A stretch of 64,000 nucleotides of DNA from Lingula anatina (GCA_051362555.1 CM120644.1:9618954-9682953); one strand, 5' to 3'. Positions 37,501 to 52,500 are shown, numbered from the stretch's first letter. Notes: generated from the letters alone by a model not told the origin. Numbers and translations are program-made.

Positions 37501-40500
37501 ATCTTGGCAAGTATCGTTTACAAAATAGATCATGTTGAATAAACTTAATTACGCTTTAATAAATAATCAACACACGGTTCGGTTATTGTCACTTGAAAGC
37601 TTTCGATCAAAGACGTTCAATGAAATCACAAATCATTTGACGATTAAAAAATGGACATGTTCAAGGGGCAGTTTTTGTTTCAGCTAAAGGGACTTCAGGT
37701 ACAGGTAGAGGGTTCAGTTACGTGTTTCATCGGATGATAGCATCACGCTCTAGGTCTAAGCGAGTTGAATAGAAGCTTTTTATCCAAACATCCTATTCCT
37801 AACTACTGAGCCTAACTACTTGCACTGTGCAATTACTATTAAAGGATCAGATGCATACTTGATTGTTTTTCCTCTGGTGTCGCACGTATGCATCCTTTCT
37901 TGAGTGATCTAAAACAAGTCGCTAGTGTACCATGTTTCTCACTGTAGCAAAATATGTTCGACATAGTGTTTCTGAACGGCAGCCGGAGACACAGTAATTG
38001 TATAGGCACGCTTTAAGCTTGTTCGAGAGATAATAACAGTCGGGTTTAACAATAGATAGCGAGCTATAGTAAGACCCCCTCCTCTTTAACTGATGATTTA
38101 CACTTTTAATTGACCGTACTTTCGTATATTGTATGATCATACAGCCAGACTTCCCCCTGTTGCACGTTGTAGTTGGATTGTCATTGCGCCTATGTCAATG
38201 CACCTCATTTAATTTCAATATTATAATATAAGCAAAATATAAGTAATATGTTATTTCCTTATTCCTCTTTCATTATCATCCATGTTCTATAAATACTTGA
38301 ACGCTTGAATGCAGATATTTCAAATTAAAACGTAAGTACATAAATGAATTATACATTTATAAATTAATGCAATAGGAATATTTTGAGACAGATTGATGCT
38401 GACGCTCATGCATTTTAACCAAACAAACAATAATTAGTTCAATTTTTGACTGCGGAAATTTCATATAGGATGAAATAACTGATAACAAATTTAACTAGCA
38501 GTTTGTTAGCAACACTAAAAACCAGCTGCGCGTGCCAAACTAGTGAACAAAAGGACAGTTCGCTTCGCGTGGCACGCCTTAGCATGGGTTTAGCCTCTTC
38601 AAGCTATAATCCTATCGCCGCAACAAACAATAGGGACCTTCTGGCTGATGTATCCTGCTGTTGATTACACCTAGTTACAGCGGATTGTCACGCTCGCGCT
38701 GGGCCACAGAAACCGGCGTCATGGGGTTCACTCGTATTAAGTATTGTGTTATTCCACCTAAGCTATTGTGTTTGTGCGTTCGAATTTTGAAGGGATTTAT
38801 ACGGCCCTCCATTGTTTGTCCGCCCCCTTCTATTCACAAGATAGGGATTAAAACATTTCGAACGATGTTACACCGGTGTACAACGGAAACAAAATTATTC
38901 CGACCACTGTAAGGCGTGCCACGCGAGGCGAACTGTCCTTTTGTTCACTAGTTTGGCACGCGCAGCTGGTTTTTAGTGTTGCTAACAAACTGCTAGTTAA
39001 ATTTGTTATCAGTTATTTCATCCTATATGAAATTTCCGCAGTCAAAAATTGAACTAATTATTGTTTGTTTGGTTGAAATGCATGAGCGTCAGCATCAATC
39101 TGTCTCAAAAAATTCCTATTGCATTAATTTATAAATGTATAATTTATTTATGTACTTACGTTTTAATTTGAAATATCTGCATTCAAGCGTTCAAGTATTT
39201 ATAAAACATGAATGATAATGAAAGAGGAATAAGGAAATAACATATTACTTATATTATGCTTATATTATAATATTGAAATTAAATGAGGTGCATTGACATA
39301 GGCGCAATGACAATCCAACTACAACGTGCAACAGGGGGAAGTCTGACTGTATGATCATACAATATACGAAAGTACGGTCAATTAAAAGTGTAAATCATCA
39401 GTTAAATAGGAGGAGGTCTTACTATGGTCGCTATCTATTGTTAAACCCGACTGTTATTGTCTCTCGAACAAGCTTAAAGCATGCCTATACAATTACTGTG
39501 TCTCCGGCTGCCGTTCAGAAACACCATGTCGAACGTATTTTGCTACAGTGAGAAACATGGTACACTAGCGACTTGTTTTAGATCACTCAAGAAAGGATGC
39601 ATACGTGCGACACCAGAGGAAAAACAATCAAGTATGCGTCTGATCCATTAATAGTAATTGCACAGTGCATGTTACTAGACCTTTGTCCTAACTCAGTGGT
39701 TAGGAATAGGATGTTTGGATAAAAAGCTTCTATTCAACTCGCTTAGACCTAGGGCGTGATGCTATCATCCGATGAAACACGTAACTGCACCCTCTACCTG
39801 AACCTGAAGTCCCTTTATCTGAAACAAAAACTGCCCCTTGAACATGTCCATTTTTTAATCGTCAAATGATTTGTGATTTCATTGAACGTCTTTGATCGAA
39901 AGCTTTCAAGTGACAATAACCGAACCATGTGTTGATTATTTATTAAAGCGTAATTAAGTTTATTCAACATGATCTATTTTGTAAACGATACTTGCCAAGA
40001 TTGAGCTTGGATTGATCACCGTCACTATTTAGCTACTCGCCTATAATGCGTGCTGAACGACAGACAACTTAAAAATATTATCTGTGTAACTGTGCAAATG
40101 CAAATGTTAAAATATAACAAAGCCGGCATCTAATCCATCGAACATATTTATATCTGTTCTTTTTAAACCAGTGTAAGGGTAACGCCAAATCAAAGCAAGC
40201 CTTGCAGACTGGTTTTGTTTAAACTGTCGTGCATAAAGTAAAGCTAAGTAAAGCCTGTTTCTACTTCGCAGTGTTCATCCCAGCCATAAAACTGCATGAA
40301 GGATAACAAGACTCCGTAGACCTGTGCTTCAGGTTTCCAGGAGTCCCGTGTAACACAATAATATCGAAGGCCTGAGAGTAATACATATATGAGGCCGTGT
40401 ATGAAAGATTTAACAAATTAGAAATTCAAGAATTTAAACATGCTAGGTACATGCACATCACTTAATAAGTCATTTCACAAAAATCGCATCTAATTGTTTA

Positions 40501-43500
40501 GATTAACCTTTACTTTTATCGATCTCATCCCATTGTCTCAACCACCTAAAAGAAATATAGAGAACATGAGGAAAAGTAACACGTTTACATGCAGGCGAAG
40601 GAGTTATACTTCAATATTAATCGCGAACAATATCAACAGCGACTAAAGACCGTTGCCTGTCTTTCACACTTTTACACAAACACACGAAGGTTTAATAAAG
40701 GGAGTCGCGGCGCGATATCTACAGGTATCTCTTTCATTCGAACAAGCAAAGGGCTGACCCGAAGTAAGCTTTCTATACTAATGTCCTTTTTATTGTGTAT
40801 TGTAATTACTCTACTTGCTCGCCTCCATTGGCTTGTAAAAGTGACAAAGAATGTGTTGTATTCACACACGAGATGAAAGAACTCCTTTACCTTAAGTTGC
40901 ATAATGTCTTTCTCAAGGTTATAATCAGTGTGAAGAGGGTGTCTTGCCTCATTTAAAAAGGGTGTTGTTCTTCATACTGGTTGTTGCTTAACTTATGCTA
41001 ATCTTAAACTTTTATGTACCAATATGGTTTTAATAAATCGCTAAAATTATTAATTTAATGAACATTGTGTATCAAACGTTTTGATACGATTTAAATAAAT
41101 GGACGAGGAGGATTACGGTATTAGGTTCTATTTACCTCTGGCTTTAACTTCGCCCTGCTATATAAATGAACAAATGTTGCAGATCGTAACAAAAAACTTT
41201 CTTATAGTGTTTTATGACATATATGATTTACACATTTGATAGTGAAACACTCCTCGACTTTAACGAATCACCTGACGTAAACTGTCTACCCGCGCTCCCC
41301 GAAAAAAACTGTTTCTTTTAATTTTGAAATGAATTGCTTTTAAGGCAAAGAAGTCCATTAAACCCTTTAGTCTCAATATCATTGTACAGCATGTTGTAAT
41401 CGATATTTAAAAAAGTTAATTTTTGTACTCCGCTTTCATCGAGGATACCTCAAGTTGAGGTTACAATTACGTCGCTCGCCTATCATCATCATCATTGCTC
41501 TTCGTCCCGCGTGGGACATAAGGCCACAGTCACTTCTTTCCACTTGGCCCTGTCTCTGGCTACGTGCTGGGCCGTCGCTCGCCTATGCTACTGGAATATA
41601 TATTTAAGGACAAATTAAGCTTTGTAAAGTCCCTATTGTCACACACCATAGATACTTTATTTTGTCTTGAATGAAAAAATAGCCTCAAATCATCGTTTTG
41701 TGCTTAAACCTTTCATTACTTGAACCAAGATCTGTACTATAGCTACCAAGACGTACATGCATCAAGTTGGGTCTGCTGGGGGAGGGGAGCATTTAAATGA
41801 TAAACGAGGAAGTCTACCTGCAAAAGCAGCAGCAGTGGTTTAAATAATCGCTATCTAGACTCCTTTTTCTTTGACAGCAACATAAAAAGTGTTTAGGGAG
41901 AAAGTCACACAAAGACCCGACGTTGTTTTGTCTTCAGCATTTCCTCTTCCTTGTTATCTGCAATTACTATCGTCAATTAATGAAATCGAGAAAGCAATTA
42001 AGTGACGGCACATTGAATATAGTCACTAGGTGCATTTCGCTGAGTGTTTACAAGATCTAGCGACACATTTTATCGCCACGCGTTCTAGTTTGATAAGTTT
42101 AGAAAATTAAACAGTTACTCTGTCGGCTCTCCGTCATTGCTATGAATCTGACATCGAATTTAGTCCAAAATATTAGTAAATTCAGAATTATTAGCTAAAA
42201 CGTAAATTGCCCTAATTTGTCAGATAATCAAAAATGCCGGTGATCCACGCGGAGGGTACGCTTTCCTGAAGGTAGCGGCGACGAATGGCGACGATATTTT
42301 TCTGAATAGTGAACCTTTATTAGTTACGAAAAGCCCCCTTTTCAACAGGCGCGTTTTATTAATTACTTCATGTCACAAAGTTAATTTATACAGGCAAAAC
42401 TTTATTTTAAGGAAATAGTTTCACGAAATGAACGAGAGTAAAATATTAGTCGGCACAAATATAAGGCATACAACAATGAGTCATGTTATAGATCATGTTA
42501 TGGGCCATGTCGGATTATAATGGCATACCTTGATGCAAAACAGTCTATCGTTTCTTCCACCGCGAGTCCCTTTATTTAATGTAATGTATTACTCATTACC
42601 CGTTTCATTTGACACTCTCTCTTTTTATCTCCCTTCCCCTTTCTCTTGTTAGAAGGAGGGTACATAATTAAGCACTCAAAATCTGCACCACCAATCTTCA
42701 GAAAAACAGAAGTCAACGAACCAGTGGGCTGATCCACAACATCTGACACAGCAGAATGAATCAAATAACAGCTAGCATAAATTTATATGCAGTTAGCTAT
42801 AGTGTCACTACATACATAATCAGCTGCACGCGCGAAGCTGTTGAACGAAAGGATAGTTCGCTACGGGAGACCGTTTGTTTACATAAGTACTCTAAGGGGG
42901 CGTGGCTACCCAGGCGACCAAGGGATTAGGCTAGTTACTATATGCCGTCAACAATCGTTTAGCGACCCTATCATTATACACTCTCTCTATTGTATTTTCC
43001 ACCGCATTAATCGCAGTGTAATCTTCAAATGGTCCACGGGGTAAATGTACACATTCTTAATCCGAGTACGGTAAGTGTTCGTCCAAGCGTTAATTGACCT
43101 TTAATGCGCGGTGGCTTCACTTTATCTTGATCACTCTACTCTGATGCGGAGATTTTAAGTATAAGAACTTGCCAACAGTGATTTTTAAGTCACTTTAACA
43201 AAAAGATTCAGTGACTAAAGCAACTTTCGTGTACATTGTAGCTATAAATTGATTTAATTCACATAGAGTTGAATTAATGAATTTATGAATTTATGAAATA
43301 TCAAATAAAACACGTACTACTCGTACTTGTACAAGTAATATATATTAGGCTTCAAACCGTCTTTGCTATAGGCCCCTATTCATATTATAAGCACGACTGA
43401 AATTTAATTTTATAGTAGGTCCCTATATTTCTGTAAGCTTTGTTCATGGATGAAATGCATTTTTTTCCAAAAAGACTTGTTGTTTGTTGTTTGAGTAATT

Positions 43501-46500
43501 AACATTTTGTAGGCCATATCTTTTATATAATTAAATCTATATTTGCATATAGGATCTCTCCCATCTACACCCGTAACATTTCTGTCCTTTTGTATTCGTT
43601 CATCAACAGTAAACAATCTTCCCATTAACTGAACGCAAAAATTGCCTGGGGAACTGGCCCGTTGTGGAATAGCAAAAATTACTTACTAACTTCACTGTTT
43701 GGCACGTGTCATCTCACATTAATTAACAATCAGTTCAGGTTAACTTTATTCATGCCGGGTTAACACAGTGATTAAGCTCTGACTATTACATAATCACTAC
43801 TGTGTGACATGCGTCGTCTTAAATTAATGTTAAAATTGCGATGACGCTTTTCGATCCAAAATATTCAACTTTAACTAATTCTCAATCAACTGACAAGTGT
43901 CAACAGGATTGTTTGTCTATCTGGACTTCCTAAATGGCCAGTAAGTATTTTGTATAATATGATATGTTTATGTCACTGATTCCTATGCCTTCGTGTCACC
44001 TGCCAAGTGAACGGTATAAATCGATACTCAAATTTTCCAAATCTTCACAATTCCAATATGCCTCTTTGCGATTATGTACGTCTGCGTATCATCGGTCTCC
44101 GAGAACAAGGGGTGCAAATTAAAAACATAACCGCACAAATGGAAAATGAAGACCATAAAGTGTCGCGACAAGCCATTTACAATGTGCTAAAGAAATACGA
44201 CGAAGGGTTTGGTATTGCCGATAAGACACGCAAACTTAAGAAACTTAAGTGAGGCAATTAAGAAGGAGCAGAGCGTGTTCGTTGAACCGACTAATTTGGG
44301 TGTCCGAGAAGGATTACTTGCCGATTCCCCTACCCTGTAATTATCATGCGGTCTCTATTGTTCGACCATTTGGGAGACCATGCGGCCTTTTGGTAAGGGG
44401 AATTTCTGGCGCCACTGTACGTTACATTGAAATTCCCATTTATATAATTATTTCATTGAAATAAAATGTAAGCTGTGGTTTCGCTGTGGTGCGTTTCTGG
44501 AGGAATCGTAAGAGGATTGGGACACAACATCTATGATTATACGCTCAGAAGACAGGACTTTCTGACACCTTGTTGTTTCATGAAAAGCAGAGTGAATTCC
44601 AGGTATTTAAATCATGAATTTGAACGACTTTGTATAGTTCGCGTGTATGAGAGATCACACCTTGTTGAAATTGAAAACGATGGTAACGCACAACAACCAG
44701 TTTTCTTTACCCATCAAAATTTGCGACGAAGAGCAACTTTTATATTTCTCTCATGTGAGTGCCGTAAATGATTCCTGGGATGACCAAAGACATGGTTACA
44801 CTATTCTTAGGGCTCTCTTTTCATAATTTATAGCTGAAAACAAACTATGTCTGTGTCCAAGATTAAAGAGATGTTTTATAATTAAAAAGTTTAAAACACA
44901 CAGTAATGTTTGGAAACACAAAATTGTTTGTTATAATAAGAAAAATCCATCCCCTTTCACATGACTGCAACCCCATTGCTATCCAACACAGAAATATTTA
45001 GACAGATTTTCAAAGATGATAACCTATTATTGTTACCCAGCATCATAAACGTGCAAATGTACAGTCAGACTGTTGTACAATGCTGTGGGGATTCCCTTAA
45101 CGAGAATACATCAAATTTGATGATAGCATTTGATCGTAATACTCAGTACTGTTTGAAAGAATCTGGGGGAAACTCAGGAATGTTACAGTCCTGAGCACAT
45201 AGGATAGGGGACATGTGACATTCTTGGTCAGTTTTTGGCAGGCAATGATATTGGGTCGCCCAATCGATTTTCTTTCTCCCCTCTACCTCCCTCCACCCCC
45301 CAGACGAGCTGATATCGTCTTAATATTACATGCACACCAGCAACTACCTGATGATCCATATTAAGGCCGGTGATAGGGTTAAATACGCTTAAAATCATGT
45401 TTTTGAGTTTTTTTTTGTGTTTATATCAAAAAAGTATCTAACGTTGGATGTAATAATTTTTATGAATTTGCATCGCAAAATGTGTCTTTTGATGAGTTTT
45501 TCAACCGGCACGCGCCCCAGTCAGGCTGACAACTAAGCCACGCCTCTGTTACTAAGGGCCGTTGTCATGAGGGGGTCGGAGCACAGTTAATGAGTTATAA
45601 GCCGGTTACGTGTGCGGTAATAGGTCATAAGTCTTACATCAGCTTAGCAGCGAAGACGTCTAGCTAGTACACTATGGGGAAGAGAAAAGTTCGTGTTAAA
45701 AGTCCATTTCCAGAGGAAAGAAAGAAAATTTTGAAAGAGAGTAGGGCCTATGCATGGCGGTTGGGGAAAACCGGCCCTATTTGTTCAGTCGGATAACTGA
45801 TTTCTGTATACCTAATAAATGGGTGAAAGAGTTAATCGAATCGCCTAAATTAATTGACAAATAAAAGAAAAATCGATAAATAAATTAAAATAACCGCTAA
45901 AAAGGATACTTTTAGCCTAGCTCTTAATTTTTGCGATATATATCGGCGAGCGTATCTGCGACACGTTACGAAACCGGAAATGATTGTTGGTCGCCGTTTG
46001 CAAAAGGTAAATCTTATGTTGACAAAATAAAATTTTACTCTCCAAGATATGATATCATGGAGCTTGAGAGACACGCGAAAAATTGTGATATGAATGGCAA
46101 AACGAGAGAAATCCAAGCAAGGGTTGACAGCATGATTAAAACAATAAAAATAAAAACGCATGTTAGCGGCTTTGCATTTTGCAATGTTTGGAGATAAACA
46201 ATTTCAAAATCACTGATCAAGCGGGAAGAAAGAGTTCAAAATGTATCCAAAAATGAAAATCACAAAAAGACCCCGAAAATAGTCAAGACTAGCAGGTAAA
46301 AAGCAAATAGGGTCTAAGTGTCATGTGTGTAAAAATAAAATATTTATTCAAAAGCCTTCTCTCGGCCACTTTTACCGCTGAATCTTGTGCAGCTGAGCGT
46401 CTCCCCTTTATCTTAGCTGGCATTTTGAGAGAGACCGCTCTGAAGTAATCATTGGATTTTTCCGTTGATCTGACGATTACCAAGTGCCGTGCAAAATAAT

Positions 46501-49500
46501 CCTGCAGCGTTACCCGTCAAAAAACTCTTATTAACACAAGTGACGGCCACTTGCTCTCGACAGACAGTTTTATCTGATCACTTTGCCGATAACAGAAAAG
46601 GAATCTCTCAGGTAAAATTACTCGTTTGCCGAGAAAAAGCCATTGAAACGTTCAAATGCAACTTCACACTCTTAATTGCGGTTAAATGTAATCGCCTTTG
46701 TTAGCGCTTCCTTCTACATATCCTTGACACCCTACTGGGCATCACTAGGCTAGGGCCCTCTCCAGAGCTGTCAATCAAAATGGCGGCACGCTTACACGCC
46801 TAACGAGTGGTCGGAAAATGTAACAAAAGCACGATTTTCTGCCCTTTCAAAGCACCCAAACAAAATATTTTTAGATGACAATGAGCAATGTTTCCACCTG
46901 ACCGTATAACCGATAACAGGTAAACCTGCCAGCTAAGCATTTGACTAATAAGCTCTGTTAACCAACCTGTGAACGTTTTTGGCTGTTTTAACAGCTTTCT
47001 ATATTGACGAGATAAGTGAATCGCTGCCAAGTATATCTCACTATCTGAGCAACCGATCGTTACAAAAGTTGCACCTATTGTTGTTGGGAATGTGGACTAC
47101 AGCATGATATCAGGGGTTTAAGAGGAAATTGTTTGTTTGAAAGTTATCGCCTTTTGAAGTGAATAACCCATTGAAATATGGGCTGATTTAACGTAAAATA
47201 TGATAAAATCATAAGTAAATAGTTTAAGACAATTCCCTGGTACCCCGCTGTAGTGCTTTCACCCAGCTTTATGAGGCCTTTTGAATCACTTGAATAGCTG
47301 TCCTGGTTATAGAGAAAATCCCAATACCGAAAACGGCATTTTTCCCCTCAAATTGGTGCCAGAGCGTCATCCGTTGGACACTGTACTTGATCCCCGTCTT
47401 TAATTGGCCTTTTGGGAAGTTCGTTTTAATTTTTTATAAAAACTTTTAAGCCCAGGGCTTTGTTTCTATGACTTTGGTCCTTTTACTATCAGTCACCTTA
47501 AAGTACATTTACAGTCTGATAATTAACAAAAATTACGTACCCAATGTGCTACTGTGTTAAACACGGATACCGTCAACCCATCCAGTGTCAACGTTACGGA
47601 ATGTGGCTGTCGTTTCCAACTGAAATAAGTTCATTGGATTGACATGAATCTTATACAAAACAAAGATCTTAATAACTAGAATTGTTGTCAAGCTAAACAC
47701 AACATAATATTTAACTGCTCGTATAAAGTAATGTTGGTATAATATTATCAATATTATTTTTCAACTTTTCTAACTGTTCCAAAAATGACTAACTGCCTAG
47801 GACTATTACAAAATAAAGCGATCTTTTAAGTTACAGACGAAGTATAATACAACGTTTCATTGAAAGTCAAGAATAAATAGTAATGCAAGCTGGCATGAAG
47901 GACGTAACATTTATCTTACAGGTACACAGCAAAATACTGCTGATGATGCATTTTCACATTTTGTTGCAGCTATTTCTTTAATTTTATTTCTGAAAATGAC
48001 TAGTATCCAAATGTTTTGGGTGGTACCTTTCTTTCACTTCCTTCTCGTCCCCCAGCACACAAAGAAAACGATATCTCGTATTCACATTCCAAAAGAACGG
48101 GTGCCTGTTTTTTAAAAAAAGAGGTATATCCACATTAGGTTAACATCATACGCCAATTATTCATACGTTTATCGGTGCGTTAACACATCAATGATTGATT
48201 TACTTAACTACTTAACAGCATACATTTTGCCCTTTTATGTTTTTGAACAACATAAGACACATCTAAAATATATTCTTTCACCGCAAAGTGTGTGCCTTTA
48301 ATTTTGCAGTGAGCAAGTAGTTGTAATTGCTTAATTTAATTATCGAAAACGTATTTAAAAGGCATGAGGTATCAGCATGATGTTGGTGGTGGGACTGGTG
48401 TTTGCACTGGACACTTTACATGACTATTTACAGTTATAAAGCATTGTCGATAAATTATTTTTCGCCTTCTGAAAATCACTGAATTTGTTTTATAGTTTAT
48501 AAACACATAAATGTCTTTTACGCATTATTTGTGCCCCACATGAATACAAAAGAAAATATGTGTTCTGCTTTTCATAGATTTCATTGTGTTGCAAATTGCA
48601 ATTTTAAAACGGGAGTTAATTAAAAACACAAAGATAACTTACGCCAGTGCCTCATCAATGGTCGGCCTCAGCTCAGGGTCTGGCTGCAGCATCCAGTCCA
48701 CTAAATGTCTCCCGACGATGTCGTCCAAGGCTGAAAGGTCATGTTTTCCGTCTTGAACGTTCTTGTTACACAGAAACATGTCGGCCTCGCCATTGGGCAT
48801 AAATGGGTGTATGCCACCTGTTAGTGTGTAGTAGACTAACATCCCGGCCACCTGCAAGGGAAACAGAACAATGAACGGTTTTATGAATTAAGTTTTGACA
48901 CATGTACAGGGTACCTTGTTTTTTTATAATGCAAGGTTCCTCAATAACTACAAGGAGCTCATTTCCATGTGCGTAATTGTTAAAATCCAATAATTCATGC
49001 TTCAGATTGTTAACAAATTTACTTAAATAATACGTATGTCCATGATATCATCATGAGGATAATTTTAAAATACTAATGTAATATCCTGTAATTTTTTTTT
49101 ACCTGGATATCCGCATTTTTCTTGTATTTCACTTTTCTTTTGGCGCTATCCAATATTTCTTTTGCTACCCAGTGGTATGTTCCTAAATAAACAAACATAT
49201 CTCAACCATGGTTGGACAGTTGCAAATAAAATTCATGTTCAAGCTTGGTATTTTAAAGATCTAAATGTAACTGTAAATTGGCAATGAGTAATATAGTGGA
49301 GGGCTTTCATTCATTCTTCTTCTACAACTAATAGATCCTGCATGACTCGAAATTTAAAATCACTGCACTTTACCCAAAACATCTTCCAAGATAGGCGGAT
49401 AAACTGAGATAGAGAAACACAAAGTGACAAACATATTTTACCTTTAGCAGTAGTGTAGAAAGCACTCTGGTCATCCGGGAGGATCACACTTATACCAAAG

Positions 49501-52500
49501 TCAGACAATTTTGCCCGGCAGTTGACATCTATCAGAACGTTATGGGGCTGGAATTGACGTAGTACGTAATGAAACTTTAATTCCCCAGTCTGTTGTTTAT
49601 TTTTCAGTTCTTTTATCTAATCACTACTAGCAAGAAACCTTTGACATTAAAAATCATTTGCAACTAAGAAAACAAGGCAACAAAGCTGTCAAATGTACAG
49701 ACAAAAAAAGCAGAAAATAACGATGCAAAAATAGGCTACTGTCAATTCTGATACAAAAATACATTATGCTTAACATTATGCAAATTCAACATCAAATTTT
49801 AATTATGCTCAACAGGTTATACCAATGTAAGTAACAATCATAAGGCTTCAGGCCCATGGGAGTTCAAGCTCACACTTTGAAAATGCCAGAATGAGAAAAA
49901 TGAACATTTCCCACAAAATTGCATAAATTCAATAATAATTGATAACCCAATTGAGCTGGCTTTCTAATTTGAACTGCATGCCAATCCTAAAAATCATACT
50001 TGTAAGTTAAAAATAATAATAAGTAACACAGTTTTATTTTCATAATGTTTGTAGTAGCAGTGCAAAAAAGATTTTTGTCAATTTTGATGTAAAATTAGAT
50101 AATAAATTACAGAATAATCATCACCAATTTTTGATTATTGACTATAAATAGCACGGATATGTAGAAAATTTGATAACCATTCGGCTTCATGTCCATGGGA
50201 GCTCTGAGTCCCACAATGTATATGCAAACACGATAAAAAGAATATTTCACTAAAATGAATAACTTTCAGAAAAAAAGGCAATTAGACTGCTTTTCCAACT
50301 CAGGCCGCATTTTAGTCCTGTGTTCTTTTTCAAAAGTTTGACAATCATAAGCAACATGGCTTTCTCATAATGGTCTTCATGGCAGCAGCAACCTAAATTG
50401 TGGTTTCTTCGATTTTGATGCAATATCAAATAATGCTTAAAGGGATAATAACTCTTCGTATGAGAACTATATTTCACAATAAAAACATTGTGAATAACTC
50501 ATAGAAATATAATATATTCTGTTTTACCGCAAAAACGGCAGTTATAGTTATTATTCTGATATCTGAGCTTGTCTTTAGACCACGTGACCTCCATTGATGG
50601 CTATACTCTGTTATAATCGCTTAAGAGATTTTAACCAAAAAAACCAAACTTTTTAGAAAAAAAACAGCTGCAGGGACTAACTTTGAATGTAAAAATGGAT
50701 TCATTAACTATTGATAAGTATGGGAAAATTGTTGTTTACTCCAGGAAAATTAATTTAACAGCATAATGACCATCAATTTTTAATAATAAAATATTCGTAT
50801 CATGGATTTTCAGAAAATGCGACTAGCATGGGTCTTCAAGACTGTAGAGGTTCTAAGTCACACCTTGAAAATGTCAATATGTGAAAAATTAAATTTTCAC
50901 AAAAAAATGTTTAACTGCCAGAAAAATTTACCAAACAAACTGCATTGCCTACTGAAACTGTATTTAATCTCATGTTTCTTTCCTGTAAGTTTGAGAACAG
51001 TAAGTGACATTGTTTTCCTTAAATGGTCATCAGGGGAGCAGTGCCCAAAATAGGGGGTTCTTCAAATTTTGATGCAACATTACATGATGTTAAATAGCAT
51101 AATGACCATAAATTTTTTATAATAAAATATTAGTATCATGGATATTCAGAAAATGTGACTAGCAAAGGTCTTCAGGACCATGAAACTTCCAAGTAACACC
51201 TTGAAAATGCCAATATGTGAAAAATTAAATTTTCACAAAAAAAATGTTTAACTGCCAGAAAAATTTACCAAACAGACTGCATTGCCAACTGAAGCTGTAT
51301 TATAGTCTCATGTTTCTTTCCTGTAAGTTTGAGAACAGTAAGTGTCATGTGTTTTTTTAAATGGTCATTATGGGAGCAGTGCCCAAAAAAGGGGTTTCTT
51401 CAACATTTTGATGCAATGTTACATAATGCTTAACAGTATAATGACCATCAATTTTTAATAATAAAATATTAGTATCATGGATATTTAGAAAATGTGACTA
51501 GCAAAGGTCTTCAGGCCCTTGGAACTTAAAAGTGACACCTTGAAAATGCCAAAATGTAAACAAGACAGCACTGTTCTGAAATGTTTTTTTTTCCCATTTT
51601 TAACTATTTTTACATAAACAACATCAACAGTTTTCTGCTATTTTTATATGATCAACTAAGAAAATTGATGAGATGGGGAAAATATCAATAGAACAGTGTT
51701 AAATGTCCAATTTCCTCCATTCTGAGATTCTGAACATAGTGACTGATTGAATCTGACAAACTGTAATGATATAAGTTTATTTCCATTTTTGAATCTCTAT
51801 TACACAATACACGATAACAAGCTTACCATCATTTTACATAATCAACTAACAATGTTGTAAAGATGCAGGAAATGTCAAACAAACACTTTTACATATCTTA
51901 TTAGTTAAAAATGAGACTGTGAACATGCCTAAGAATTGAATCTGAGGAAATGTGAAAAAACAGCGTATCTTCTAAAAAAAAATGGCCCGATTATGCTGAT
52001 TTTCGAACTCACCCTGCGTTTTAGTAAAATTGACCACTCCGGTGAGTTTAATGACAACTGACCTATCTGTTTTTCTTATATTGTGTTTACAGTGTTGCAT
52101 ATATACTGAAAAGTGGAAAAAAAACAGCATAACTACTAAAATAGTGGATAGATCATACCGATTTTCGAACTTGACCAGCTCTGAAAATATAAAGCCAAAA
52201 AGTAAAACTGTCTTCCACTTATCGTGTTAACGCTGAAAGTGCACGGCGACGGCGATGACAGACGCAGGTGATGGCAATATGTACAGACACATCTGATGCA
52301 TTTTTATGTACAGACACATCTGTGTCTGTACATAAAAATGCCTCAATTAGTATTTCAAGAACAATTTGTGTGAAATCCCGAAAATAGCTGTCAACTGAAA
52401 AGGTATTTACCTTGATATCCATGTGGATAACGTTATGTCCGGCGTGTAAGGTCCTAAGGCTCTCCAAGATCTGCCCTACGAGATCTCGAGAGATATTGGT

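Larger units (their letters stand above)
33072..43071. repeat. Giant inverted repeat: arms 33072-38579 and 38912-43071, with a 328-bp spacer that is an inverted copy of 32742-33069
   Basis: Mirror-image ORF pairs (33099/42841, 33379/42576, 36623/40589, 37922/39351, 32739/38661) and direct reverse-complement reading. Each arm is ~4.06 kb after removing arm-specific LINE insertions. Confidence 0.96.
32514..44417 (+). mobile_element. Tc1/mariner-like element (defective) hosting the 10-kb palindrome
   Basis: TA-flanked imperfect TIRs: CAGTGCCGCCTGAAATCCCCCTTAC (32514) and the reverse complement of CAGTGGCGCCAGAAATTCCCCTTAC ending at 44417. Truncated HTH ORF at 44058-44252. Confidence 0.75.

Noticed and set aside
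32739-43044. Pairs of near-identical short ORFs suggesting conserved small genes
   Set aside because: The identity results from the recent inverted duplication; no recognisable domains or splice structure.
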